Source: Hyphomicrobiales bacterium
Lineage (GTDB): Bacteria; Pseudomonadota; Alphaproteobacteria; Rhizobiales; Aestuariivirgaceae
Direction of reading: 5' to 3'
Length of the DNA: 64,000 bases
Assembly: GCA_026990765.1 (NCBI GenBank)
Contig: JALXCV010000023.1
Coordinates: 17,829-81,828 of the forward strand
Positions within the stretch are counted from its first letter, which is position 1. Every line of letters begins with the position of its first letter. A model generated the notes under the pieces. That model saw nothing but the letters and a program-made list of their open reading frames with translations, was not told the origin of the DNA and did not search any database. Position numbers and translations under genes: made by a program. Positions 49,878 to 58,906 of the stretch are shown here, piece by piece.

Positions 49878-49959
49878 CTGCCCTGCTCAGTTGGTTGTTG
49901 CTGGCGCATATGTAGCGCGAAGCAGGTATTGGCGGCAAGGGTTCAACTGGTGATTTACT

Positions 49960-51384
49960 TCAAAAGCCTTTGGTCATTGTAATATTGGCACCCCAGCTTG
50001 AATAATCAGAAAATGGCGAGTTTGACATGTTCCTGACATAGGTAATATCCAGTCGCGGGGCAACCCCCATAAAATCCCAGTCTCGTTTGGTGAAGGAAGC
50101 AAGCAGGGAGATTTTTGTATCTTTTTGCGGGGCGCTCAGCAGGGGATAATCTCCATCATGCAGCTTGCGATAGATTTTACCTTCTGCATACAGGTTTAAC
50201 CCGAAAATCGAGGTTTCGCGGTAAAGGGCGGCACCGACATAACCCATCCAGAAATCAAGATGCTTGCGTTTGGTGATAGTGCGCTGGGCACCGCTCAGCA
50301 GATAGACGGCACTGTCTGCTCCAAAGCCCTGCGATAAGCGAATGTCAGATGTGGTCGTGTAACCATTGCGGAATTTTGAGGTTTTGAAACGTGATTGCAA
50401 ATGTCGTGTTCTGATCTGCAATGAAGTGGATTTGTCGAGGCGCTGGGTTATGGCAAGTTCGGGGCCGATTTCATGGATAAATTCATCAGCGCCCGACCAG
50501 CGCTGATTGGCGGATACTCCAACAGAGATTTTCCCCTGTTTGTGGGTACGTACCACTGACAGTGACTGGGAAATCATGGTGTCGTCAAAATCGCGACCTT
50601 TATACTGGGTAAGATTTATCCCGGCAGCGGCAATCACTGACAGATCCTTGCCCGGGTGCAGGGTGTAGGATGCGTTGGCACCGGCGCGAATCCCGATGCC
50701 GCTTTGTTTTAGTCCATTGCCGGTTATGGTGAATGGCAGACCATTCAGGGTGACCTGGCGGGTGGTGGTGCCGTTGGTGTAGTTGGTACTTGGTGCCATG
50801 GCGACATAGGCGCTGGCCTTGAACGGGCGGCGGGCATCAATGGCATCAAGGAAATTGTCAAACTGTTTGGCCTGATCGGTGGTCGGGGCGGCTTTTGACA
50901 GCAATTGGAGGTGGTGTTTTGCACCATCATCATTTTCTGTCAGAAACAGAGTGTGGGCAAGTTCGGCCCGAACAAGTGTCAGCTTGGGATCATTTGACAG
51001 GGCCTTGCGGAATTTTGATATTGCCAGATCGTAATTCTGGCGCAGTTTGGCAATCAGCCCCTGAAGAAACAGGGTGCGATTTTCAGCATGTTTGCCGGTG
51101 AACGGATTGGCATTCAGTAATTGTTCGGCATCATCAAGTGCATTGGCCCTGATCATTCTCATCAGAATATGCAACCGGGCTTTTTCCGGCAGTTGCGAGA
51201 ATTGCGGGGCTTTTGCTGATTTGCCGGAAGTGAGCGGTGTCTGAACTGTCTGGGCTTTGGCAAAAGAAGGGGAAACAGAGATAATCAGCACAAATAAAAG
51301 TGCTGAGAAAAACAGACAAGGAGCACTTGTGAAAAAGTGCTCCTTACCGGTTATTTTGTTCTGCTCATATTGCCTTGAGATCAC
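49960..51384 (-). CDS. Slam-like outer-membrane protein (TPR region + DUF560 beta-barrel)
   Basis: 474 aa. Signal-like FFSALLFVLIISVSPSFAKA. An N-terminal helical TPR-like region is followed by alternating beta-strand sequence ending in ...GANITMTKGF (terminal Phe, as in OMPs). The GTG start overlaps the stop of the upstream lipoprotein gene by 1 nt. Confidence 0.55.
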   Translation of the reverse strand: MISRQYEQNKITGKEHFFTSAPCLFFSALLFVLIISVSPSFAKAQTVQTPLTSGKSAKAPQFSQLPEKARLHILMRMIRANALDDAEQLLNANPFTGKHAENRTLFLQGLIAKLRQNYDLAISKFRKALSNDPKLTLVRAELAHTLFLTENDDGAKHHLQLLSKAAPTTDQAKQFDNFLDAIDARRPFKASAYVAMAPSTNYTNGTTTRQVTLNGLPFTITGNGLKQSGIGIRAGANASYTLHPGKDLSVIAAAGINLTQYKGRDFDDTMISQSLSVVRTHKQGKISVGVSANQRWSGADEFIHEIGPELAITQRLDKSTSLQIRTRHLQSRFKTSKFRNGYTTTSDIRLSQGFGADSAVYLLSGAQRTITKRKHLDFWMGYVGAALYRETSIFGLNLYAEGKIYRKLHDGDYPLLSAPQKDTKISLLASFTKRDWDFMGVAPRLDITYVRNMSNSPFSDYSSWGANITMTKGF

Positions 51385-52466
51385 TACCTGTTTCCCTGGA
51401 AAACACCGCGCAGTTTAATTGAGGCCCGCCGATTGGTATCATTTGGTGCGGAACCGTCATATGGGGAAACTGCTGCGGAGTGTGAATAAATGGCGCCTGC
51501 GACCTCATCAGCGGCTGGACCATAGAAACCGCCCTTGATTGCTGAAGAGCTGGTCAGGCGCCGGTCGACCGGAGCCTTGACTGTGCCTGAAAAAGTGTTG
51601 TCGGTAATTGTTCCGTCAATTGTGTAATCGGTAAACGGTTTGGCAGTCTCAGCCGGTAAAATGGTGATAAAACCGTCAGGACTGGTGTTTGATGCGGTAA
51701 ATTTGCGCCATGTGGTGTTGCTGACTGTTCCGTTTACGGTTCCATTATTGAAATCTGCGTTGATCTGAACATTGCCAACAACGCGCCAGTCACCATTGGG
51801 ATCATATTCAGAGCCGGCAGTTCCAGCTGTATCAAACGGGTCATCGATTGTTCTTGTTGCGGGTAACCAGTTATCAACAACAGCTGTGCCACCAAATTTG
51901 CCATTATAAGTAGCGTTGCCAGCTGGCAGGGCGGTTGTCGGGGTTGCAGAGCCGCTATAATACATTGCCACGCTCTTGGTGGTGGAAGAAGATGGGGAAT
52001 TGTAGACAGTGTAAGTACCAATTTCACTGTTGGTATATGACCAGACCTGCAGTTCGGTATCGGTGTCGTCGGTGAATGTGTGATATTCCTTGTAGCCTGT
52101 GAAGTTGGCGCTGTTACCCAGATTGTCGGTGGCTACACCTGATATATTGTCGCGAAACAGTTTCATTTCTACCGGATCAGCCCATCCCATGGATGAACCT
52201 GTGCTTACGGCAACGGTTGCTGATTCATTGCCAACACCGGTTCCAGCTCCGGTTATGGTAATCTGGGTCTTGGCTGAACCGGTAATATTGGATTCGCTGT
52301 CATTAAAGACAAAAGCAGCGCCTTCTGAGGAAGCACCAGCACCGCCGCCACCGCCACCTGGATTTATGGCCTGTCCACCACTGGTCAGGTCAATTTTATC
52401 ACTTGATGCACAACCTGACAGGGCGGTGCCTGCCAATAATAACGCAACTACAATACTCGAACGCAT
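51384..52466 (-). CDS. Surface-lipoprotein candidate with TbpB/HpuA-like C-terminal barrel motif
   Basis: 360 aa. Lipobox LLLAGTALSGC followed by a Gly-rich linker (NPGGGGGGAGASS). C-terminal GGFYGPAADEVAGAIYS ... LRGVFQGNR resembles the G.FYG..A.E.aG motif of Slam-dependent lipoproteins. Confidence 0.55.
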   Translation of the reverse strand: MRSSIVVALLLAGTALSGCASSDKIDLTSGGQAINPGGGGGGAGASSEGAAFVFNDSESNITGSAKTQITITGAGTGVGNESATVAVSTGSSMGWADPVEMKLFRDNISGVATDNLGNSANFTGYKEYHTFTDDTDTELQVWSYTNSEIGTYTVYNSPSSSTTKSVAMYYSGSATPTTALPAGNATYNGKFGGTAVVDNWLPATRTIDDPFDTAGTAGSEYDPNGDWRVVGNVQINADFNNGTVNGTVSNTTWRKFTASNTSPDGFITILPAETAKPFTDYTIDGTITDNTFSGTVKAPVDRRLTSSSAIKGGFYGPAADEVAGAIYSHSAAVSPYDGSAPNDTNRRASIKLRGVFQGNR

Positions 52467-52564
52467 GCCATATGCCTCACTTGGAATACTTACAAACTGG
52501 TGAGGTTGACAATGAACTGTTAAGGTTAATATTGCCTGAACAGTATTTGCATGATCAGGTTTTT

Positions 52565-53410
52565 TTACCGGCCTTCGCGCCGGGCCATGAATGCTAGACG
52601 CTCAAAAATCGATACATCCTGTTCGTTTTTCAACAGGGCACCATGCAGCGGAGGGATGATTTTGCGGGCATCAGTCTCTCTAAGGGTTTGTGGCGATACA
52701 TCTTCGTTCATCAACAGCTTGATCCAGTCAAGAAGTTCAGATGTTGACGGTTTTTTCTTCAATCCGGGGATTTCACGTATATTATAAAAGACATTAAGGG
52801 CTTCACTGACGAGGTGTTTTTTCAGGTCCGGGAAGTGCACATTGACGATCTCGGCCATGGTTTCAGGTCCGGGAAACTTTATATAGTGAAAAAAGCAGCG
52901 GCGCAGGAAAGCATCGGGCAGTTCTTTTTCATTATTGGAGGTTATAACCACCACCGGGCGCTGTTCGGCCTTGATGGTTTCACCGGTTTCATAAACAAAG
53001 AATTCCATGCGGTCGAGTTCCTGCAGCAGATCATTTGGAAACTCGATATCTGCCTTGTCGATCTCGTCAATCAGCAGGACAGGGCGGGTTTTATGGGAAA
53101 AGCTTTCCCATAATTTGCCCTTTTTGATGTAATTGGCAATGTCATGTACCTTGTCATCACCCAGTTGACTGTCACGCAGGCGCGATACGGCATCATACTC
53201 ATAAAGGCCCTGCTGGGCTTTGGTTGTGGATTTGATATGCCATTCAATCAGGTCAGCACCGGTTGATTTGGCGATTTCATGGGCCAGCACAGTTTTGCCG
53301 GTCCCCGGTTCTCCCTTGATGAGCAATGGTCTTTCAAGAACAATTGCAGCATTTACAGCCACTTCAAGGTCGCTGGTAGTGATGTAGCTGTTAGTACCTT
53401 CAAATTGCAT
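52565..53410 (-). CDS. MoxR-family AAA+ ATPase
   Basis: Probable start is ATG 53410 (MQFEGTNSY...), giving 281 aa; the ORF is open to 53620. Walker A GEPGTGKT and Walker B VLLIDEIDKA. Confidence 0.8.
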   Translation of the reverse strand: MQFEGTNSYITTSDLEVAVNAAIVLERPLLIKGEPGTGKTVLAHEIAKSTGADLIEWHIKSTTKAQQGLYEYDAVSRLRDSQLGDDKVHDIANYIKKGKLWESFSHKTRPVLLIDEIDKADIEFPNDLLQELDRMEFFVYETGETIKAEQRPVVVITSNNEKELPDAFLRRCFFHYIKFPGPETMAEIVNVHFPDLKKHLVSEALNVFYNIREIPGLKKKPSTSELLDWIKLLMNEDVSPQTLRETDARKIIPPLHGALLKNEQDVSIFERLAFMARREGR

Positions 53411-53597
53411 GTTGATTTTCCTGATGAGCAAAAATTGTAGCTTATTGTCATGAAGCAGCTGCCATTTCAAGTATATTGGCCATGGGTGAATATTCACACA
53501 GCTGGTGTTTAAGCAATTTTTCTGGTTGCCCAAGCCTTGCTGGAAAGTTATAAGCGCGCTGGGAATAGAAACTTCAAGATTAAAAAGGGCTGGTGCA

Positions 53598-54014
53598 ATG
53601 CTTGCTAAAAGTGGCTCCAACTATACGCCAAGTGATGATGAGCCTTTCATGAACGACAGGCAGAAAGCTTATTTTCGTGACAAGCTGATTGCCTGGAAAG
53701 AAGATATTCTGCGTGAAAGCAAGAATACGATTGAGAATCTGAAACAGGAAAATAATCAGCAGGCGGATATTGCTGATCGCGCGTCCAGTGAAACTGACCG
53801 GGCGCTAGAGCTTCGAACCAGGGACAGACAGAGAAAACTGATAGCCAAAATTGATGCAGCGCTGATGCGTATCAAGGAAGATACTTATGGCTATTGTGAG
53901 GTAACCGGAGAGCCGATTGGCTTGCGCCGACTCGATGCAAGGCCTATTGCCACCTTGTCAATCGAGGCTCAAGAAGCGCATGAATTGCGTGAAAAAGTCC
54001 ACCGGGACGATTAA
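53598..54014 (+). CDS. dksA: RNA polymerase-binding factor DksA (Cys-poor alpha-type)
   Basis: 138 aa from ATG 53598. Coiled-coil tip DIADRASSETD (DxxDxA). C-terminal YGYCEVTGEPIGLRRLDARPIATLSIEAQ has only one of the four canonical zinc-finger Cys residues. Confidence 0.85.
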   Translation: MLAKSGSNYTPSDDEPFMNDRQKAYFRDKLIAWKEDILRESKNTIENLKQENNQQADIADRASSETDRALELRTRDRQRKLIAKIDAALMRIKEDTYGYCEVTGEPIGLRRLDARPIATLSIEAQEAHELREKVHRDD

Positions 54015-54171
54015 CCACCAAAGATGTCATAACTAAAGTTTGTCATCTTGCCTCTGGTGTTTTTTCCTCAAATACTGTTAATATACTAATATCGTAATAT
54101 GTTCTGGCGTTAGCCGGAGGATATTAAGGTTCATAAATCAGTTATAAAAACAACAAGAGGGATACGAGGAA

Positions 54172-55440
54172 ATGGCTCATATAGTGGTACTTGGAGCGGG
54201 TCTTGGCGGCATCCCCATGGCTTATGAAGCAAAAGCCATGGCAGGACGGGATGACAAGATCACCGTGATCAATGAGAATCCGTTTTTCCAGTTCACGCCA
54301 TCAAATCCATGGGTTGGTGTTGGCTGGCGCAAGAAAAAAGATGTAACCATTGAACTGGCACCGGTGTTCAAGAAGCACGGGATTGAATTCATCGAGGGAA
54401 GAGCAACCAAGCTGCACCCCGATGACAACAAGGTTGAACTGGCAAGCGGTCAGGAAGTTGCATATGACTATCTGGTGATTGCAACAGGCCCGGAGCTGGC
54501 ATTTGATGATATTGAAGGTCTTGGTCCAGAAGGCTTTACCCAGTCAGTTTGTCATGTTGACCATGCGGTGAATGCCAATGATGACTGGGAAAAATTCTGT
54601 GATGATCCCGGTCCGATCATTGTTGGTGCAGTGCAGGGGGCATCATGTTATGGCCCGGCCTATGAATATTCAATGATCATGGATACTGATCTGCGCAAGC
54701 GTCGCTTGCGTCGCAAGGTGCCAATGACATTTGTTACTGCTGAACCCTATATCGGCCATCTGGGTCTTGGCGGGGTTGGTGATACCAATGGCATGCTGGA
54801 ATCTGAAATGCGCGAAAGGCATATTAAATGGATTACCAATGCCAAGGTTGACAAGGTTGAAGAAGGCATGATGCACGTGACTGAACATAATACTGATGGT
54901 TCAGTAAAGCAGACACATGAACTGCCGTTCAAATATTCAATGATGCTGCCGTCATTCCGCGGTATTCCAGCTGTTATGGGTATCGAAGGACTGGTTAATC
55001 CCAAGGGATTTATCATTGTTGACAAGAATCAGCGCAATCCGAAATATCAGAACATTTTTGCAGTTGGCGTATGTATTGCCATTGCACCACTGGAAGAAAC
55101 TGCTGTGCCGGTCGGGGTTCCCAAAACCGGTTACATGATTGAAAGCATGGTGACTGCAACGGCTGAGAACCTGCGTGAGTTGCTGGATGGCAAAGAACCC
55201 ACACATCAACCTACATGGAATGCGTTCTGTCTGGCTGATCTTGGTAACAAGGGTATTGCCTTTATTGCCCGCCCACAAAATCCGCCGCGTAATGTCAACT
55301 GGTCATCTGAAGGTAAATGGGTGCATCTGGCCAAGATCGCATTTGAGAAATACTTCATGCGCAAGATCAGAATTGGCAAATCGGAACCATTCTATGAGAA
55401 ATACATCATGGATATGATCCGGGTTCGCAAGATTCGTTAA
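54172..55440 (+). CDS. sqr: Sulfide:quinone oxidoreductase-like flavoprotein
   Basis: 422 aa. FAD fold IVVLGAGLGGIPMAYE. FQFTPSNPWVGVGW, a Cys in GASCYGPAYE and a second Cys in VGVCIAI resemble SQR catalytic sites. Confidence 0.7.
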   Translation: MAHIVVLGAGLGGIPMAYEAKAMAGRDDKITVINENPFFQFTPSNPWVGVGWRKKKDVTIELAPVFKKHGIEFIEGRATKLHPDDNKVELASGQEVAYDYLVIATGPELAFDDIEGLGPEGFTQSVCHVDHAVNANDDWEKFCDDPGPIIVGAVQGASCYGPAYEYSMIMDTDLRKRRLRRKVPMTFVTAEPYIGHLGLGGVGDTNGMLESEMRERHIKWITNAKVDKVEEGMMHVTEHNTDGSVKQTHELPFKYSMMLPSFRGIPAVMGIEGLVNPKGFIIVDKNQRNPKYQNIFAVGVCIAIAPLEETAVPVGVPKTGYMIESMVTATAENLRELLDGKEPTHQPTWNAFCLADLGNKGIAFIARPQNPPRNVNWSSEGKWVHLAKIAFEKYFMRKIRIGKSEPFYEKYIMDMIRVRKIR

Positions 55441-55455
55441 ATTACAATAAAACTC

Positions 55456-55494
55456 AACCGCCATATGAGTTCAGTATCATATGGCGGTTTTTTT
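55456..55494 (+). terminator. Intrinsic terminator after sqr
   Basis: Perfect 13-bp stem AACCGCCATATGA (55456-55468) / TCATATGGCGGTT (55477-55489) with an 8-nt loop, running into a T-run that extends to 55494. Confidence 0.9.
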
Positions 55495-55516
55495 GTGTCT
55501 GAAATTTAAGATAATC

Positions 55517-55690
55517 AGCGCGTGAGGCGTTGAAATGAATTCACTTGCTTGAATTCAGGAAAACACGACGGAATCTAGCGCCTGTCGCGTTAAGTTGAAT
55601 TCACTTTGCTGATATGAACGGCCTTGCTTTGCAAGACCTGCCTCATATCTGCAAGTGAATACCTGAATCCATTCAAACGCGACATGCGCT
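55517..55690. repeat. Three copies of a 32-40-nt imperfect repeat (two direct, one inverted)
   Basis: A 55517-55548 is AGCGCGTGAGGCGTTGAAATGAATTCACTTGC. B 55577-55609 is AGCGCCTGTCGCGTTAAGTTGAATTCACTTTGC. C 55651-55690 reads AGCGCATGTCGCGTTTGAATGGATTCAGGTATTCACTTGC as reverse complement. Confidence 0.7.
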
Positions 55691-56120
55691 AGTAGTCTCT
55701 TTCAACCGGACCAAGACCTGGAGGTTCACGCCTTACCGGCCTGATGTTTGGAGCGCGGTCGCCGAAAACAGCCGGGCGGGGTGGTGGCCGGGATTCTTCC
55801 TCATAGGTTGTTTCAGCTTCAACAGCTGGAGCTGGTGGTGATGAATATTGGTTGTCATAATCAGCAAAGCCGGATGTGATATTCTGTTCAATAACCAGAT
55901 CCTGTCCGCCACCGATAAGGACCAGATGCTCCACATCATCACGGCGCACCAGCAATAACCGGCGTGACTGGTCAATTTCACGAAATTCGCTGATTCCAAG
56001 GCGTTTGCCGCGCTTGCCTCTGGTACGGGTTTTCAGGAAGCGCATTATCATGATCAGTATGACAATCGCCACCAGTACTGCTAATGCTGTATAGATCAGT
56101 GACTTGTATTCTTCTGGCAT
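55689..56120 (-). CDS. Small membrane-anchored protein, FliO-like pattern (uncertain)
   Basis: 143 aa. One TM helix (LIYTALAVLVAIVILIMIM), a basic stretch, then RRLLLVRRDDVEHLVLIGGGQDLVIE, which resembles the FliO core. Pro-rich tail. No flagellar genes nearby. Confidence 0.35.
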   Translation of the reverse strand: MPEEYKSLIYTALAVLVAIVILIMIMRFLKTRTRGKRGKRLGISEFREIDQSRRLLLVRRDDVEHLVLIGGGQDLVIEQNITSGFADYDNQYSSPPAPAVEAETTYEEESRPPPRPAVFGDRAPNIRPVRREPPGLGPVERDY

Positions 56121-56279
56121 TGTTCAGGCCCCCTTTTGCCTGTTTCATGGAAAACTTGATCCAAAATAGCTCAAAAACAGTAAATTTACCATAAAACTGT
56201 TTGTCAGCGGGGAAACACTTAGTCGGAAATCAGTTATTTGACTATACTCAAAGGTGATTCGGACAAATCCAGATTTAAT

Positions 56280-58835
56280 ATGACTGATACAGAAGCCACC
56301 AGGACTGCTCAAAGAGGCACAGTGCCAACAGATGTCAGAAAGCCGCGGGAGCAGGCGGGAAAACCGTTGCTTGCAGCCGGTCTTGTGTTGCTGCTTGCTG
56401 TCAGTGTCCTGATGTTTGTTCGCAGCTATAGCGGTGCGTTACCGCTATGGGGGCTGGTCATTCTGGGGGTGCTGGCCTTTTCCGGTCTGGTTGTGCTGGT
56501 GGGGCTGATTGCCGGTTTTGTGCATTTCGGGCGTATGCCCAGGCAGCGGGCATTTTTTGACAGCCTGATAAATGGCCTTGGCGAAGCATGTATGATCTGT
56601 GACAAGAACGGTCATGTAATTTATTCCAATGATGATTACCGCGATATGGTGGACAATGCCGGGTTTTCCCGTCTGGTGGCCATGGATAATCTTTATGCCG
56701 GATATCCTGATATTTCCGGGCATATTTACCGGCTTTCGCAAATGGCTCGCGAAAAGCAGTCAGGGGCGGAAGAATTCAGACTGGCAGCGGGTTCATCGGC
56801 TGCCGGTGCGCAGCCGGACAGGCCATCATGGTTCAGACTGTCAGTTGCACCGGTTGGCGCCTCACTGGGGCGGCAATATATCATGTGGCGGCTGAAAGAC
56901 ATAAGCGGGGAGCGGGCAGATCAGGAAAGCGCGTTTTCGCATCTGCAATATATCATCAACTATCTCGATCATGCTCCAGCCGGATTCTTTTCAACAAGGG
57001 CCAATGGCAAGATTGCCTATATAAATGCCACATTGGCCAGCTGGCTGGGGCTTGATGTTACAGCTGCTGAGGAAGGCGAGATCACACTTTCCGATATTGT
57101 CGGCAAAAAAGATGCAGCCCTGATATCTGATTTGCACCCAAGGCCGCAGGAAACCACAACGGCGGTGTTTGATGTTGATCTCAAACCTGAAAACGGCAAG
57201 GTGATTCCGGTCAGGATTCTGCATCTGACTGATTTTGATCAAAATGGTCGACCGCAACCATCACGTTCCCTGGTGCTCGACCGGCGGATGGGCAATATTG
57301 ACAGGGATGGTTCGGGCGATGATCTGCGCTTTACGCGTTTGATGAACAATTCGCCTCTGGGGATTGTAGAACTTTCACTGGACGGCAAGATAACCGGCAG
57401 TAATAGCGCCTTTGTTGAAGCCAGCAGCGGTAAGCTGGGGATTGGCGGCAAGCTGAGTGATCTGCTGACCAATCAGGATGATGGCAGTATTGTTGATGCC
57501 ATCATGCAGGCATCGGAAAATGACGGCTCACCAATTATGGTAAATGTTGCCTTCAAAAACGACAAAGAGCGCAAGGCAACACTGGTTATTGTCCGGCTTG
57601 ATCTTGAAAGTGAAAAGGCAGACAGCGTATTTGCCTTTGTGGTTGATACGACCAAGCATTTATCACTGGAAGAACAGCTGGCACAGAGCCAGAAAATGCA
57701 GGCAGTGGGTCAACTGGCTGGCGGGGTGGCGCATGATTTCAATAATGTCTTGACCGCAATTATCGGATTTTCCGATCTGTTGCTGGCCAAACATCGCCCG
57801 TCTGATCCTTCATTTGCCGATATTATGAATATCAAGCAGAATGCCAACCGCGCGGCAAATCTGGTGCGCCAGTTACTGGCGTTTTCACGCCGCCAGACCT
57901 TGCGCCCGCAAGTCATGCTGTTAAGCGATGTGCTGAGTGATCTGGGCAATCTGCTGGGGCGGTTGCTGGGCGAGACGGTGGAGCTGAAAGTCATGCACGG
58001 GCGCGACTTGTGGCCGGTCAAGGTGGATATCAACCAGTTTGAACAGGTAGTTATCAATCTGTGTGTGAATGCACGCGATGCGATGAACAACAAGGGACGA
58101 TTGAGCATCAGGACTGCCAATATTTCCGAAGAAGAATCTGCCAGCATTGCCCCCAGCATCATGTCGGCTGGTGAATATGTGCTGTGCGAAGTAAGTGATA
58201 CCGGTTCGGGCATGCCAGCTGAAGTTATTGAAAAGATCTATGAACCATTCTTTTCCACCAAGGATGTGGGCAAGGGGACAGGGCTTGGCCTTTCCACAGT
58301 GTATGGAATTGTAAAACAGACGGGCGGGTTCATTTTCTGTGACAGTGAAGTGGGCAAGGGAACTACATTCAGCATATATCTGCCTCGACATATTCCCCGG
58401 GAAAATGAAGCTGAAGAAGCTCATGAAGATGTCAAGGACGTAGATGCCGGGAAGGCAGATATGACTGGTAATGGCATGATCTTGCTGGTTGAGGATGAAG
58501 ATGCGGTGCGCGCCTTTGCATCAAGAGCGCTGGAGACGCGCGGCTTTACCGTGGTTCAGGCAGATTGTGGCGAGGCAGCGCTGGCGATTGTTGAAGACAT
58601 CAAGGATGAAATACAGCTGGTTCTGTCAGATGTGGTAATGCCGGAAATGGATGGCCCGACCATGCTGAAGGAAATGCGCAAACGCGGCATAAATACCAAA
58701 TTTATCTTCATATCCGGTTATGCAGAAGATGCTTTTGAGAAAAACCTTGAAGGGGAGCATGATTTTGCCTTCCTGCCCAAGCCGTTTTCCTTGAAGCAAT
58801 TGACCGAGGCTGTTAAGGATGCCATGCAGTCTTGA
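56280..58835 (+). CDS. cckA: Hybrid sensor histidine kinase, CckA-like (TM + PAS + HisKA + HATPase + REC)
   Basis: ATG 56280; the ORF is open from TTG 56238. Two TM helices and PAS-like regions. H-box SQKMQAVGQLAGGVAHDFNNVLTAI, G-boxes SDTGSGM and GKGTGLGLS, and a receiver with LVLSDVVMPEMDG. Confidence 0.8.
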   Translation: MTDTEATRTAQRGTVPTDVRKPREQAGKPLLAAGLVLLLAVSVLMFVRSYSGALPLWGLVILGVLAFSGLVVLVGLIAGFVHFGRMPRQRAFFDSLINGLGEACMICDKNGHVIYSNDDYRDMVDNAGFSRLVAMDNLYAGYPDISGHIYRLSQMAREKQSGAEEFRLAAGSSAAGAQPDRPSWFRLSVAPVGASLGRQYIMWRLKDISGERADQESAFSHLQYIINYLDHAPAGFFSTRANGKIAYINATLASWLGLDVTAAEEGEITLSDIVGKKDAALISDLHPRPQETTTAVFDVDLKPENGKVIPVRILHLTDFDQNGRPQPSRSLVLDRRMGNIDRDGSGDDLRFTRLMNNSPLGIVELSLDGKITGSNSAFVEASSGKLGIGGKLSDLLTNQDDGSIVDAIMQASENDGSPIMVNVAFKNDKERKATLVIVRLDLESEKADSVFAFVVDTTKHLSLEEQLAQSQKMQAVGQLAGGVAHDFNNVLTAIIGFSDLLLAKHRPSDPSFADIMNIKQNANRAANLVRQLLAFSRRQTLRPQVMLLSDVLSDLGNLLGRLLGETVELKVMHGRDLWPVKVDINQFEQVVINLCVNARDAMNNKGRLSIRTANISEEESASIAPSIMSAGEYVLCEVSDTGSGMPAEVIEKIYEPFFSTKDVGKGTGLGLSTVYGIVKQTGGFIFCDSEVGKGTTFSIYLPRHIPRENEAEEAHEDVKDVDAGKADMTGNGMILLVEDEDAVRAFASRALETRGFTVVQADCGEAALAIVEDIKDEIQLVLSDVVMPEMDGPTMLKEMRKRGINTKFIFISGYAEDAFEKNLEGEHDFAFLPKPFSLKQLTEAVKDAMQS

Positions 58836-58906
58836 GCCTGCCTGTATTATTGCAGGTTGTGGAGGTTCACTGATTGCCAGCATAGTCAGGACAGGAATTA
58901 TAACTA

